A DNA stretch of 64,000 bases from a bacterium (GTDB lineage Bacteria; Patescibacteriota; 4484-211; GCA-002791395). Positions 46,663-55,970 of the stretch are shown here, piece after piece (positions within the stretch are counted from its first letter, which is position 1; each line of letters starts with the position of its first letter). The DNA is taken from assembly GCA_027002475.1 (NCBI GenBank), contig JALWZS010000030.1, positions 54,827 to 118,826 of the forward strand, read 5' to 3'. Both the position numbers and the translations under genes were made by a program. Below the pieces are notes generated by a model that was not told where the DNA came from, searched no databases, and was given only the letters and a program-made list of their open reading frames with translations.

Positions 46663-49494
46663 ATGCCCCAGTTTAAAAATACTTCGAATAAACCAGTCGA
46701 TATACATCAATATAGAAGCCGATTGCAATCTCTTGTGAACAAAAAATCTAATGCATCTACACCTCAATCGGCGAGTACAAATCTTGTTTCACCAAAACCG
46801 ACGGCTCCTAAAACTCCACCTAAAGCACGACTTGCTCAAGTTCATCACAAGGCACCTGCAACCAATGCGTCGTCACAAAAAGGCCCTAGCGGTGTAGCAC
46901 AAAAGGTCCAACCTGGGCTAAAACCAAGGCGGTTACCACCTAAGCCAAGATCTACTATGAAGGTACCATTAACTAAACAAGTTGGTACAAACCCTGCTAC
47001 GTCTTCGTTGACTAGCTCTAACAGCATTATAAAAAGAACACCTGCACCTATTAAAAATGTTAAGTCGGTTGTTACTAAAAGTAAGCCCGTTGCTCCAGTC
47101 AAAAAGAGTAAACCTGCTGTTGTGGCCCCTCAGGTTAAAGCTCCAGCTGAGCCTAAACAGACAAAGCCCGAGTTTACAAAACTTAATCCTAAATCTATCG
47201 AGTATTGGCATAAGGCGTGGAATTACTACGTCGATGGGGCAACTATAAAAGATCCTAATCGGGAAAAAATAATACTGCAGGTTTCGCTTCCTCAAGATAA
47301 CGAGATAGAGATGGCAGCAGCGGAGCAAATGTATGCTTCTTTGGTTAGCCTTGGAAATAGACCTGGCAAGGTTTTTGAAATTATTGTGAGTTTATTCCCT
47401 AAACTCGAAATACTGTTTAAAAATCATGACGATGCTATCTCTTTTGAAATTGCTGCAACTGAAAAGTTGATAAGGTTTCAGATAGTAACTCCAGTTGAGT
47501 GGCGTGATTTTATTGAGCGTCAAGTGCACGGTGCGTACCCAGAAGCACATATTGAACCAATTCAGTATAAAGACTTTATCCCAGAAACTGGGAATATTCA
47601 CTTTGCTCAATTACAGCTAAAAGGACGTGCCTTTTATCCGATACGACTACTTGAAGATTTTGAAACAGATCCATTAAGTAGTCTTACGTCTACCGTTAGT
47701 AAACTAATGGATGGTGAGCGTGCAATTGTTCAGTTTCTACTTCAACCAGCAGATGATTCGTGGCGTAAACGGGGGCAGAGGTTCGTACAATTAGCACAAG
47801 CGCCACCTAAGGGTGAAAACGAGCACAAGCCACAAATCCCACAATCTGTTATAGAAGGCGTCTCTAACAAAATATTAAAACCTGGTTTTAGGACTGTTAT
47901 CAGGATAATGGTGGAGTCTCCGAATGACTTTAATGCTCAGCAAACTCTTAGAAATATTGTAGGTTCGTTTGATCAGTTCTCACAACCACACTTAGCGATA
48001 TTTAAATCTAAAGGGGATAAAAAGCTAAAGGCAAAAACGGTAGAGGAATTTATAACCAGATCGTTTCCACGGTTTGGTAACTATCCAATATTAAACACAC
48101 TTGAGCTAGCAACCTTATATCACTTCCCAAATAAAGAGATAAAAACCCCAAGGATTGATTGGTTGCGAGTCCGCAAAAGCGCTCCACCTACGAATATACC
48201 ATCAGAAGGGCTGTATTTGGGTAAAAGTGAGTACAGAAACGAGGTCGTAAAAATTAGGATAAAAAGAGATGACAGGCGCCGCCACATGTATATCATTGGA
48301 CAAACTGGTTCAGGTAAATCGCAGTTTTTGCAATTTATGGCAACGCAGGACATTATGAATGGTGATGGGTTAGCGTTTATTGACCCGCATGGAGATGTTG
48401 TCGAAAACCTACTGCAGGTAATTCCTAAAGAACGAGTAGAGGATGTAGTTTACTTTAATCCTGCAGACACAGAACGCCCGATGGGGCTTAATATTTTAGA
48501 CGTAGAAGGCGAGCAAGCGCAGCACATGACCGTCAATTCGTTTATTGAACTTTTGTATAAGCTGTATGACCCAAATAGACAGGGAATGGTTGGACCACAG
48601 TTGGAGCGAGCAGTTCGTAACGTTATGTTAACAGCAATGGCAGAACCTGGAAATTCTATGGTTGAGGTTTTAAGGCTTTTAACAGACACGAAATATGCGG
48701 AGAAAAAGATACCATTAATTAAAGACCCTGTTGTTAAATCGTACTGGGTTGATCAGATTGCAAACACGAACGAGTTTCATAAGTCAGAAACCTTAGGTTA
48801 CTTTGTAAGTAAATTCGATAGGTTTGTTACTGAAAAGCTAATGAGAAATATTATTGGTCAATCTAAATCTGCATTTGATTTTAGGGATATTATGGATAAT
48901 AAAAAGATTCTTTTGATTAACCTTAGTAAGGGTAAGATTGGGGAAGCGAACAGTACCTTCTTAGGACTTCTTCTGGTTCCGCGGATACTAGCAGCGGCGA
49001 TGGCTAGGGCTGATATGCCAGAGGAGGAGCGTAAAGACTTTTTCTTGTATGTTGATGAGTTTCAAAACTTTGCCACACCAGACTTTGCGGAGATCTTAGC
49101 AGAGGCAAGAAAGTATCGCTTGGCGCTCATTGTTGCTAACCAATACATTGCACAGATTCAAGAGGATATCAGAAATGCAGTCTTCGGAAACGTTGGTTCG
49201 ATGTTTTGCTTTAGGGTTGGTGCAGATGATGGTGAGCATATGGAAAAGCAGTTCCAACCAGTGTTTACTCAAGCGGACTTAATTAACCAAGCGGTAGGTG
49301 AAAGCGTAGTTAGGCTCTTGATTGATGGACAACCATCTAGGCCATTTTCATTTAGAACCGATTGGCCGGCTATGCAAGCAGTAAAACGTAACCCGAAGAT
49401 GGCAGAAGTTATTAAAGAAATTAGCCGTCTTAAATATGGGCGGGATAGAGCAATTGTTGAACGTGAGATTGCAACACGTGCAGGATTCGAATAA
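46663..49494 (+). CDS. VirB4/TrwB/HerA-like ATPase with low-complexity N-terminus
   Basis: RRRH.YIIGQTGSGKS, IDPHGD, YVDEFQNF, EARKYRL. Confidence 0.85.
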   Translation: MPQFKNTSNKPVDIHQYRSRLQSLVNKKSNASTPQSASTNLVSPKPTAPKTPPKARLAQVHHKAPATNASSQKGPSGVAQKVQPGLKPRRLPPKPRSTMKVPLTKQVGTNPATSSLTSSNSIIKRTPAPIKNVKSVVTKSKPVAPVKKSKPAVVAPQVKAPAEPKQTKPEFTKLNPKSIEYWHKAWNYYVDGATIKDPNREKIILQVSLPQDNEIEMAAAEQMYASLVSLGNRPGKVFEIIVSLFPKLEILFKNHDDAISFEIAATEKLIRFQIVTPVEWRDFIERQVHGAYPEAHIEPIQYKDFIPETGNIHFAQLQLKGRAFYPIRLLEDFETDPLSSLTSTVSKLMDGERAIVQFLLQPADDSWRKRGQRFVQLAQAPPKGENEHKPQIPQSVIEGVSNKILKPGFRTVIRIMVESPNDFNAQQTLRNIVGSFDQFSQPHLAIFKSKGDKKLKAKTVEEFITRSFPRFGNYPILNTLELATLYHFPNKEIKTPRIDWLRVRKSAPPTNIPSEGLYLGKSEYRNEVVKIRIKRDDRRRHMYIIGQTGSGKSQFLQFMATQDIMNGDGLAFIDPHGDVVENLLQVIPKERVEDVVYFNPADTERPMGLNILDVEGEQAQHMTVNSFIELLYKLYDPNRQGMVGPQLERAVRNVMLTAMAEPGNSMVEVLRLLTDTKYAEKKIPLIKDPVVKSYWVDQIANTNEFHKSETLGYFVSKFDRFVTEKLMRNIIGQSKSAFDFRDIMDNKKILLINLSKGKIGEANSTFLGLLLVPRILAAAMARADMPEEERKDFFLYVDEFQNFATPDFAEILAEARKYRLALIVANQYIAQIQEDIRNAVFGNVGSMFCFRVGADDGEHMEKQFQPVFTQADLINQAVGESVVRLLIDGQPSRPFSFRTDWPAMQAVKRNPKMAEVIKEISRLKYGRDRAIVEREIATRAGFE

Positions 49495-49523
49495 AAACCT
49501 CATACTTATAGTATACTTTTGGC

Positions 49524-50036
49524 ATGTCATATGTAGTTAAACCGTTCAAGCACCTTTTAAAGGTAATCCTAGACGTCTATAAAAAGATGATAGTGAAAAA
49601 GCATATGGAGATTAACTTTTGGGTTTTGTATATGTTTATTCTTGGCTTTGTAGGTTCACGATTTGTAGTTAAGATCTTTCCAGAGGCTGCTTTGATTATA
49701 AATGGGATTCATGTTCACCATTTCGCTTATGGATTTATGCTACTTGCAGCGATAGGCTTTGCAGCGTTAAATGATGTTCACCGGAAGCATCCACGTTTTT
49801 TAGGCAGTGCATATGGTCTTTCTTTGGGTATTGCGTTCGACGAATTTGGAATGTGGATACTCCTTGACGATGATTATTGGGTGCGTCAATCATATGATGC
49901 AATTATGGTAATAGGTGCGTTTTTGGTGTCGGTTGTTTACTTCTCGGAGTTTTGGAGAATTTTATTCAAGAAATCTATTGATGTGTTAACCAAGGAAATT
50001 AAGTTTTCAAAAAAGAAGCATTGGTGGCAGGGGTAG
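49524..50036 (+). CDS. Membrane protein
   Basis: H.HHF.YG, G...DEF..W; 4 TMs. Confidence 0.7.
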   Translation: MSYVVKPFKHLLKVILDVYKKMIVKKHMEINFWVLYMFILGFVGSRFVVKIFPEAALIINGIHVHHFAYGFMLLAAIGFAALNDVHRKHPRFLGSAYGLSLGIAFDEFGMWILLDDDYWVRQSYDAIMVIGAFLVSVVYFSEFWRILFKKSIDVLTKEIKFSKKKHWWQG

Positions 50037-50100
50037 AGGGATTCGAACCCCCACTAACGGTTTTGGAGACCGTTGTGCTAGCCGTTGACACTATACCCCT
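50025..50100 (-). tRNA. tRNA-Trp(CCA)
   Basis: ACGGT-CTCCAAA-ACCGT arm, CCA. Confidence 0.96.
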
Positions 50101-50293
50101 TAGATGAGACCCATTATAACTTAAGAAATCATTGGTGTATATCGTTGTTTGGAGATGTGGGTACTAACTTGTTATCGCTAACGTTGACTATTTGGTAATT
50201 GATTAACTTTTTAGGGTTAGCCTTTATGAAAAAGACCGGACTGGCGTTGCAATGCCGATATATATCGGAAGAAGCGTCTCCACTAGAAAAAGG

Positions 50294-50500
50294 CTAGTTG
50301 TTTTTTGGTATCTTTTTCTCGATGTGGGGAGTGTGTTTTTGGCACTGCGGGCAATACTTCATTAGGGGCTCTTCTTCGGTGAATTTGTATTCTGCTTTTA
50401 CCTTTTTGCGAATGTGGTAGTTTTGGCTATTGCATACACTACAATGCAAAGCCATTGGCACTACTTTTTTCTTCTTTTTGCTTTTGCTTGCTTTAGCCAT
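50294..50500 (-). CDS. rpmG: 50S ribosomal protein L33 (Zn-binding form)
   Basis: L.CSVC...NY, KYCPQC.KHT.H.E. Confidence 0.92.
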   Translation of the reverse strand: MAKASKSKKKKKVVPMALHCSVCNSQNYHIRKKVKAEYKFTEEEPLMKYCPQCQKHTPHIEKKIPKNN

Positions 50501-50540
50501 AACGTTAATTTAACTTTTGGATTATAGCATATGGTTGGGT

Positions 50541-50787
50541 AGCTTTCGCGTGAGCACTCTTGCGTCATCTAAATCGTACGTAGGGTAAAAGGTAGTCCTT
50601 GCTTCATCCTTCGCTAAAGCTTCGGACGACGAAAAAGCTACAGACTACACTCTCATACTTAACAAGTTCCGGTATTTTCTTTGCAGTCGTAAAAGGGAGT
50701 TCACCTTCGCCAAAGGCTACGGTGAACACCCCTACTTCGTCTAAACCGCACGCAGGGCAAGCCCTACGTAGCTTTAGCGAAGTAGGG
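50541..50787. repeat. tRNA-Thr(GGT) 3'-linked hairpin array (CTTCGC..GCTACG units)
   Basis: 50713-50795 matches 55402-55484 at 76/83 nt; further units at 50608-50626; degenerate copy near 50541-50590. Confidence 0.88.
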
Positions 50788-50864
50788 TGGAGCCGTTGGG
50801 CGGATTCGAACCGCCGACCTCATCCTTACCATGGATGCGCTCTAACCAACTGAGCTACAACGGC
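50788..50864 (-). tRNA. tRNA-Thr(GGT)
   Basis: CATCC-ATGGTAA-GGATG arm, CCA. Confidence 0.96.
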
Positions 50865-50958
50865 GTGTAGATACAAACGTTAATTTATCACACAAATGTA
50901 TTATTGAGAATGGGTAGCAAGACGTTTGATGTACGCGCCTGTTGTCAATTACCTTATT

Positions 50959-51218
50959 GTCATTGCGATACCGCTTGTAGCGGGAGAAGCAATCCCAAGT
51001 CACGAAAGATCGCCACGTCGCCTTGCTCCTCGCGATGACGAGTCGATTATCAAATAACTACTTCGCAGTTTATCGCAATGACGAATCGATTGTCACGTCG
51101 CTTTGGCTTCTCGCAATGGACGCATGCAAGGTATGCTTACAGGCGAAACTACGTTGCTGTACGATATCACTCTACGTTATTGTGAGGAGAAAACTAGAGA
51201 TTTGCGACGTGGTAATCT
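50959..51218. repeat. Cluster of REP-like GTCATTGCGA...GCAATC repeats
   Basis: Units at 50959-50994 (fwd), 51008-51039, 51073-51082, 51088-51118 (rev), 51176-51218 (fwd). Confidence 0.8.
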
Positions 51219-52311
51219 ATCTTGTTATCGCGTAGCTTTCGACTTCTTCTTTTAAGCTCTTAGCTTTTTCGTTTTGCTTGAAGTAATCTTGTACCGGTGC
51301 GAGGTATGAGTTTATGTAATCTGTTAATGCTAACTTTAAGTCGAGTGGGTGAACTCCTTTTTGTGCAAATAGTTCTTCAAGTTCTTTGTAATTTTCAAAC
51401 TCTAGGCTTCCGCCGTGTTCTGGCTTACGGTTAATAACGACCTTTTCTTCTTTTGCAAAGACCAAATACTTAAAGTACTCAAGGATTGGGTTTTCTTCGA
51501 TAATTCCTTCTGGGCACCATGCGTTTTTTATTTTCTTTGCTACATCATCTGGGGTATCTGTCATAAAGATTGCACTATTTGGGTTTGATTTGCTCATCTT
51601 AAGCCGAATTGCTCGATCTGTACTCGTCTCACCGTCCGTTTTGTCCGTTGGTGGGAGTAGTCCAAGCAACATGTGGTGGCTAATGACAATAGGCTTTGCA
51701 AAACCTAATTTGGGTGCAACCTCTCTTGCGAGCATATTGACCTTTCGTTGATCCATGCCAAGCTGTGCGACATTAGCTTTTAGCATGAATACGTCGGTTG
51801 CTTGCATTAGGGGATAGAGGATTTGGGAAGCTGTTAGAGTATCCGATTCTTTCCTGCCCATAATCTCAACCGTTCGAATAACTCGTGGTAAATTCGTCTC
51901 GACCGCAATTCGCATCACTAAATCCCAATATCCTTCTTGTTTAACTAAATCGCTTGCCCATACAAATTCGATGTTTTCTGTGCTCATGCCAGATGCTTTC
52001 CAAATCTCGATAAAATACTGTCCAACCTTTTTGATTTTTTCTAAATCGCCGCCGATTTTGTGGTTTGCCCATGCGTGCCAGTCTGCTACAAGTACTTTGA
52101 ATTTAAATCCTGCCTTAATCATTTTATTAATATTGATTGTTCGAAGAATGCCTTGAGGAAGATGAATTCTGCCGCTTGGTTCAAAACCATCGTATGCAAT
52201 TAGCTCTTTACCTGACTTTAATAGCTTGAGCAACTCTTCTTCAGTAACAATTTCCTCTCCGACTTGTTTAACAAGGTCTAGTCTTTCCTTTATTGATAGT
52301 CCCTTAACCAT
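51217..52311 (-). CDS. tyrS: Tyrosine--tRNA ligase, archaeal/eukaryotic type
   Basis: AYDGFEPSGRIH, ADWHA, YP.MQ..D, G.DQRK, KMSKS, KKIK.AWCP, HP.DLK; no S4 domain. Confidence 0.92.
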   Translation of the reverse strand: MVKGLSIKERLDLVKQVGEEIVTEEELLKLLKSGKELIAYDGFEPSGRIHLPQGILRTININKMIKAGFKFKVLVADWHAWANHKIGGDLEKIKKVGQYFIEIWKASGMSTENIEFVWASDLVKQEGYWDLVMRIAVETNLPRVIRTVEIMGRKESDTLTASQILYPLMQATDVFMLKANVAQLGMDQRKVNMLAREVAPKLGFAKPIVISHHMLLGLLPPTDKTDGETSTDRAIRLKMSKSNPNSAIFMTDTPDDVAKKIKNAWCPEGIIEENPILEYFKYLVFAKEEKVVINRKPEHGGSLEFENYKELEELFAQKGVHPLDLKLALTDYINSYLAPVQDYFKQNEKAKSLKEEVESYAITR

Positions 52312-52427
52312 TGATTTATTATACACTGGCAAGTAGTGTAGAGGGTGTGAGATGTTGTGTACTTATTGTTTAAATGTTTGATGTTGTGTTGCTTCTTGTG
52401 GGAGTTTATAGTATCTTAATAAAGACG

Positions 52428-52528
52428 CTCTTATAAAGAGAGGTGGAGGGACCGGCCCGATGAAGCCTCGGCAGCCTGCAAAAGCAAGGTGCCAATTCCG
52501 GCAAGGTGAAGACCTTGAAAGATGAGAG
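52428..52528 (+). ncRNA. SAM-I riboswitch
   Basis: CTCTTAT.AAGAGAGGTGGAGGGACCGGCCCGATGAAGCC.CGGCAGCC...GGTGCCAATTCC...GAAAGATGAGAG directly upstream of metK. Confidence 0.95.
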
Positions 52529-52546
52529 GGATAAAGAGAATACTCC

Positions 52547-52569
52547 AAGCCCTTTCAGAGGGCTTTTTT
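52547..52569 (+). terminator. Riboswitch expression-platform terminator
   Basis: AAGCCCT-TTCAG-AGGGCTT then T-tract. Confidence 0.85.
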
Positions 52570-52604
52570 ATTAGCCCTCAAATGATTAGTAAAGGAAAAC
52601 AAAA

Positions 52605-53765
52605 ATGTTATTTACGTCAGAATCAGTTACACAGGGGCATCCAGACAAGGTCTGCGATCAAATCAGTGATGCAGTTTTAGATGCTTGTTTGGCGCAAGAT
52701 CCTAACTCTAGGGTAGCGTGTGAGGTTGCGACCAAAACAGGGTTTGTCATTTTAATGGGTGAGATTACAACTAATGCTCGAGTTGATTTTGAGGAAATTG
52801 CTAGAAATGTCCTTTTAGACATTGGCTATGACAGTAGTGAAGCGGGTTTGGATGGTAATACCTGTGGAGTTTTAACATCAATTAGCAAACAATCTCCAGA
52901 TATCGCACGAGGTGTAAATTCGGCCAAAGATGAGAGAGAAACTTTAGGTGCAGGAGATCAAGGTTTGATGTTTGGCTATGCTTGCAACGAAACAGAAAAC
53001 TTAATGCCACTTCCCATCGAGCTTGCTCATAAGCTAGTAAAAGGTTTAGCCAACGCAAGAAAATCAGGTGAACTTCCATGGCTTAGACCAGATGGCAAAA
53101 GTCAGGTAACTGTTGAATATGATGACAACGGGCGACCAAAACGAATTGACACGGTCCTAATTAGCACTCAGCACTCGCCAGATGTCAGTCAACAAGAGAT
53201 TCGTGAAGCTTTGATTGATAAGGTAATTATGCCGCAATTGCCAAAAGACTTAGTTGATGAGAGTTTAAAGATTTTGGTTAATCCAACTGGGCGTTTTGTG
53301 ATTGGTGGTCCTGCTGGAGATGCTGGGCTTACTGGTAGAAAGATTATGGTTGATACTTATGGGGGGATGGCAAGGCATGGTGGGGGAGCATTTTCCGGGA
53401 AAGATGCAACTAAAGTTGACCGGTCTGCGGCGTATGCTCTTCGCAAGGTCGCTAAAACAGTTGTTTCTAAAGGAATGGCAGATAGGTGTGAGGTGCAAGC
53501 CGCTTATGCAATCGGTGTAGCAAAACCTGTTAGTTTGTTTGTTGAAACTTTTGGTACAGGGAAGGTAAGTGATAAAGAGATTTTAGAGTTTATCAAAAAA
53601 GAGTTTGACTTAAGACCGGGAGCGATTATTCAAGATTTAGGTCTTAGAAAGCCTATTTTTAGGCCCCTAGCTACATACGGTCACTTCGGAAGAGAGGACT
53701 TGGGGGTGGAGTGGGAGAAGGTCGTAGAGTGTGAATCAACTGTGAGGGCGACAAATGTTGTTTGA
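52605..53765 (+). CDS. metK: S-adenosylmethionine synthetase
   Basis: [26 protein letters not shown]. Confidence 0.98.
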   Translation: MLFTSESVTQGHPDKVCDQISDAVLDACLAQDPNSRVACEVATKTGFVILMGEITTNARVDFEEIARNVLLDIGYDSSEAGLDGNTCGVLTSISKQSPDIARGVNSAKDERETLGAGDQGLMFGYACNETENLMPLPIELAHKLVKGLANARKSGELPWLRPDGKSQVTVEYDDNGRPKRIDTVLISTQHSPDVSQQEIREALIDKVIMPQLPKDLVDESLKILVNPTGRFVIGGPAGDAGLTGRKIMVDTYGGMARHGGGAFSGKDATKVDRSAAYALRKVAKTVVSKGMADRCEVQAAYAIGVAKPVSLFVETFGTGKVSDKEILEFIKKEFDLRPGAIIQDLGLRKPIFRPLATYGHFGREDLGVEWEKVVECESTVRATNVV

Positions 53766-53821
53766 TTAGTTCTTTATTCTCTACTTCAGTACTGCGAAAC
53801 AGTGTATTTCTACTTGTAAGT

Positions 53822-54733
53822 TCAGCTAGCTTTAGTTACAACTTGCTTTATCAAAAACATTACGTAGTCAATATCTAGCTCTGTGTTGAGTTGATACTCT
53901 GTTTCACCACTTGTCCATCTACTCATACTTGATACATCTCTAAGTTTCTTCTCGGGGTCCTTAAAGTGTTTAACATGCATTGGTAAAGAAATCTTTAGAC
54001 CCTGTTTCTGGGGTACTATCTCTAATATCCGATCGTTGTTATTGTATACTTTAATGTATTTCTTAGTGGCTGAGATATTGGGTTCAAACAGATTTTGTAT
54101 TCTTTGTGCAAGGATCTCGTATAGTTCCTTGCTATGTGTCCAATCATTTTTAAACAAATCAGTTATTGTATAGGTTTTAACTTCTTTTGCGACAGATTTA
54201 ACTATTCTGCTTTTTGTTACTGTCTGAATTGACTCACTAGAGTCGACAGCCTTAATTTGATAAAAATCGATTGTGTTGTTTTCATACATTTTTGCCTCCC
54301 ATAGTTCGATAGGTAAATCTTTGAAATTGATTGCTGCTGTTTGGTGATGAGTGAATGAGTCAGCGATGAAAATAACTTTGGATTGAGTCCAGTCTACATC
54401 ACCTCGCGTAAGGTTTTTCTTATTATGCTCATTGTATTCAAGAATGAAATCAGCCTTGTTGTTAAGCATTAAAGCGAGGTAGGCGTATCCTTGGTCGATG
54501 ACGCTAAAACTACGTTCCTTTTTGTATTCAATTATAACGAAGGAATTTGTCTCTGAATCAAATGCGAGAGTGTCGATACGTAAATTGTGCAGTTGGAATT
54601 CATGGGCTACAAATTCCAGATTAAAAACGCTTTTAAGATTTTTCTCAACTAAAGTTTGAATATTTTTCTCGAGGTTAATTTTCTTCTTGGGGATGGGAGT
54701 GAGAGTTGTATGTTTTATACTAAACAAAGGCAT
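53822..54733 (-). CDS. NucS/DUF91-like nuclease fused to DUF5655-like domain
   Basis: LEK.IQ, RIDTLA, IIEYK, DQG..Y; C-terminal RDVS...RW..G. Confidence 0.75.
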   Translation of the reverse strand: MPLFSIKHTTLTPIPKKKINLEKNIQTLVEKNLKSVFNLEFVAHEFQLHNLRIDTLAFDSETNSFVIIEYKKERSFSVIDQGYAYLALMLNNKADFILEYNEHNKKNLTRGDVDWTQSKVIFIADSFTHHQTAAINFKDLPIELWEAKMYENNTIDFYQIKAVDSSESIQTVTKSRIVKSVAKEVKTYTITDLFKNDWTHSKELYEILAQRIQNLFEPNISATKKYIKVYNNNDRILEIVPQKQGLKISLPMHVKHFKDPEKKLRDVSSMSRWTSGETEYQLNTELDIDYVMFLIKQVVTKAS

Positions 54734-54804
54734 TTACTTATATTTTACCATTATTCTAAGTTGTAAAACGTTGTTATTGTTTTTGGTTGTTGGAGGGAGA
54801 AAAG

Positions 54805-54892
54805 TGGTCCGGGGGGTAGGATTCGAACCTACGTAGGGATTAGTCCCGCGGGGTTTACAGCCCCGAGCAATTGACCACTATGCGACCCCCGG
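54805..54892 (-). tRNA. tRNA-Tyr(GTA) with C1-G72 and long variable arm
   Basis: Acceptor CCGGGGG/CCCCCGG, A73, CCA; CGGGG-CTGTAAA-CCCCG; V-arm GGGA-CTAA-TCCC. Confidence 0.95.
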
Positions 54893-55001
54893 TAGTTTAA
54901 CGTATAGATTATAAGCAAAGAATGCTAATTTATAAACTAGCAACTTCAAATTATAGCATTATGAGAGATGGGGAGCGCTTCGATTTAGAACAAAAGTGCT
55001 T

Positions 55002-55238
55002 TTAAAGTAAATGTTTATTTCTAAAAGCAATCCCAGAGCCTGTTTTAAGATAGGTCTCAAACTTTCGTGCTGTAGACTCTTTCTCGAATGCTAAGTACGC
55101 AACAAGATGCACTGGTAAGAATCGCTTGGTTGAAACAACATTTCCTCTTTTGTGTTCAGACAATCTCTGTCGCAAGTTAGAGCTAAAGCCTGTGTAATAT
55201 TGCCCATTAGCTAGTTGTAAGATGTAAACGTAATACAT
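55002..55238 (-). CDS. Small stand-alone GIY-YIG nuclease
   Basis: YVYIL...YYTG.S..L..RL..H, A..FE.YLK.GSG. Confidence 0.9.
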   Translation of the reverse strand: MYYVYILQLANGQYYTGFSSNLRQRLSEHKRGNVVSTKRFLPVHLVAYLAFEKESTARKFETYLKTGSGIAFRNKHLL

Positions 55239-55271
55239 CGTTAGAACGCGTACTGTTAACTATAATAGCTT

Positions 55272-55476
55272 AGAAGCTATAGGTAGGCAATACTCTCATA
55301 CTTCGCTATGTAAACTTCGTACAGTATGCTTATTCAACAAGTTTCTTGTGGGGGGAGCTCACCTTCGCCTCCTCCTTCGCTAATGCTACGGAGGACAAGA
55401 GAAGGCTACGGTGAACACTCCTACTTCGTTTAAATCGTACATAGAGCAAGCCCTACGTAGCTTTAGCGAAGTAGGG
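55272..55476. repeat. tRNA-Thr(TGT) 3'-linked hairpin array (second copy, with nested unit)
   Basis: 39-nt perfect match 55446-55484 = 50757-50795; extra CCTCCTTCGCTAATGCTACGGAGG unit inside a hairpin loop. Confidence 0.88.
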
Positions 55477-55553
55477 TGGAGCCGCCTCGGAGATTCGAAC
55501 TCCGGACCTACGGTTTACAAAACCGTCGCTCTGACCAACTGAGCTAAGGCGGC
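55477..55553 (-). tRNA. tRNA-Thr(TGT)
   Basis: ACGGT-TTTGTAA-ACCGT arm, CCA. Confidence 0.96.
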
Positions 55554-55646
55554 CTAATTAAGTTATCTGTAGATAACTTAATTTTAGGAGAAAATGCATA
55601 TACATTTTCTCCAGTGAAACCGATTAGGTTTCGTGCGTATTGTATC

Positions 55647-55700
55647 AAAAAAGGCTCCTAGGGAAAATCTCAAAAGCTTAAGACCTTGCCTAGGAGCCTT
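55647..55700 (-). terminator. Terminator-like hairpin upstream of tRNA-Thr(TGT)
   Basis: AAGGCTCCTAGG...CCTAGGAGCCTT then T-tract on the minus strand. Confidence 0.7.
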
Positions 55701-55970
55701 ATTCATAAGAATAAAGCCATCCCGCTTAGACGCAGTAGCCTTGTTAGGCAGGGAACGTATTCTGCTTTAAAAAGCAAAAGTTCGTGATCGCACACTAGCC
55801 CCACGGGGTTAATGTATATTGACCACAGTTTCTTAAAGAGTGTCAAGCAAAATTAAACGCCCCTTTTCTACGTACAAAGCAGGATTTTAAGGTTCGTTGC
55901 GCTTTGCGCATGACCAATTATTTTATATACCCTATATAGGCAAGTTGTCAATATAGAGGGAGGTCTATAT

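Noticed and set aside
50599-51235. ORFs 50599..50853 and 51023..51235
   Set aside because: Read through palindromic repeats and antisense tRNA-Thr; no protein-like signal
52363-52548. 61-aa ORF
   Set aside because: Antisense to the SAM-I riboswitch
55712-55810. tmRNA, M-box or ZTP riboswitch
   Set aside because: Only short coincidental motif matches; conserved cores absent
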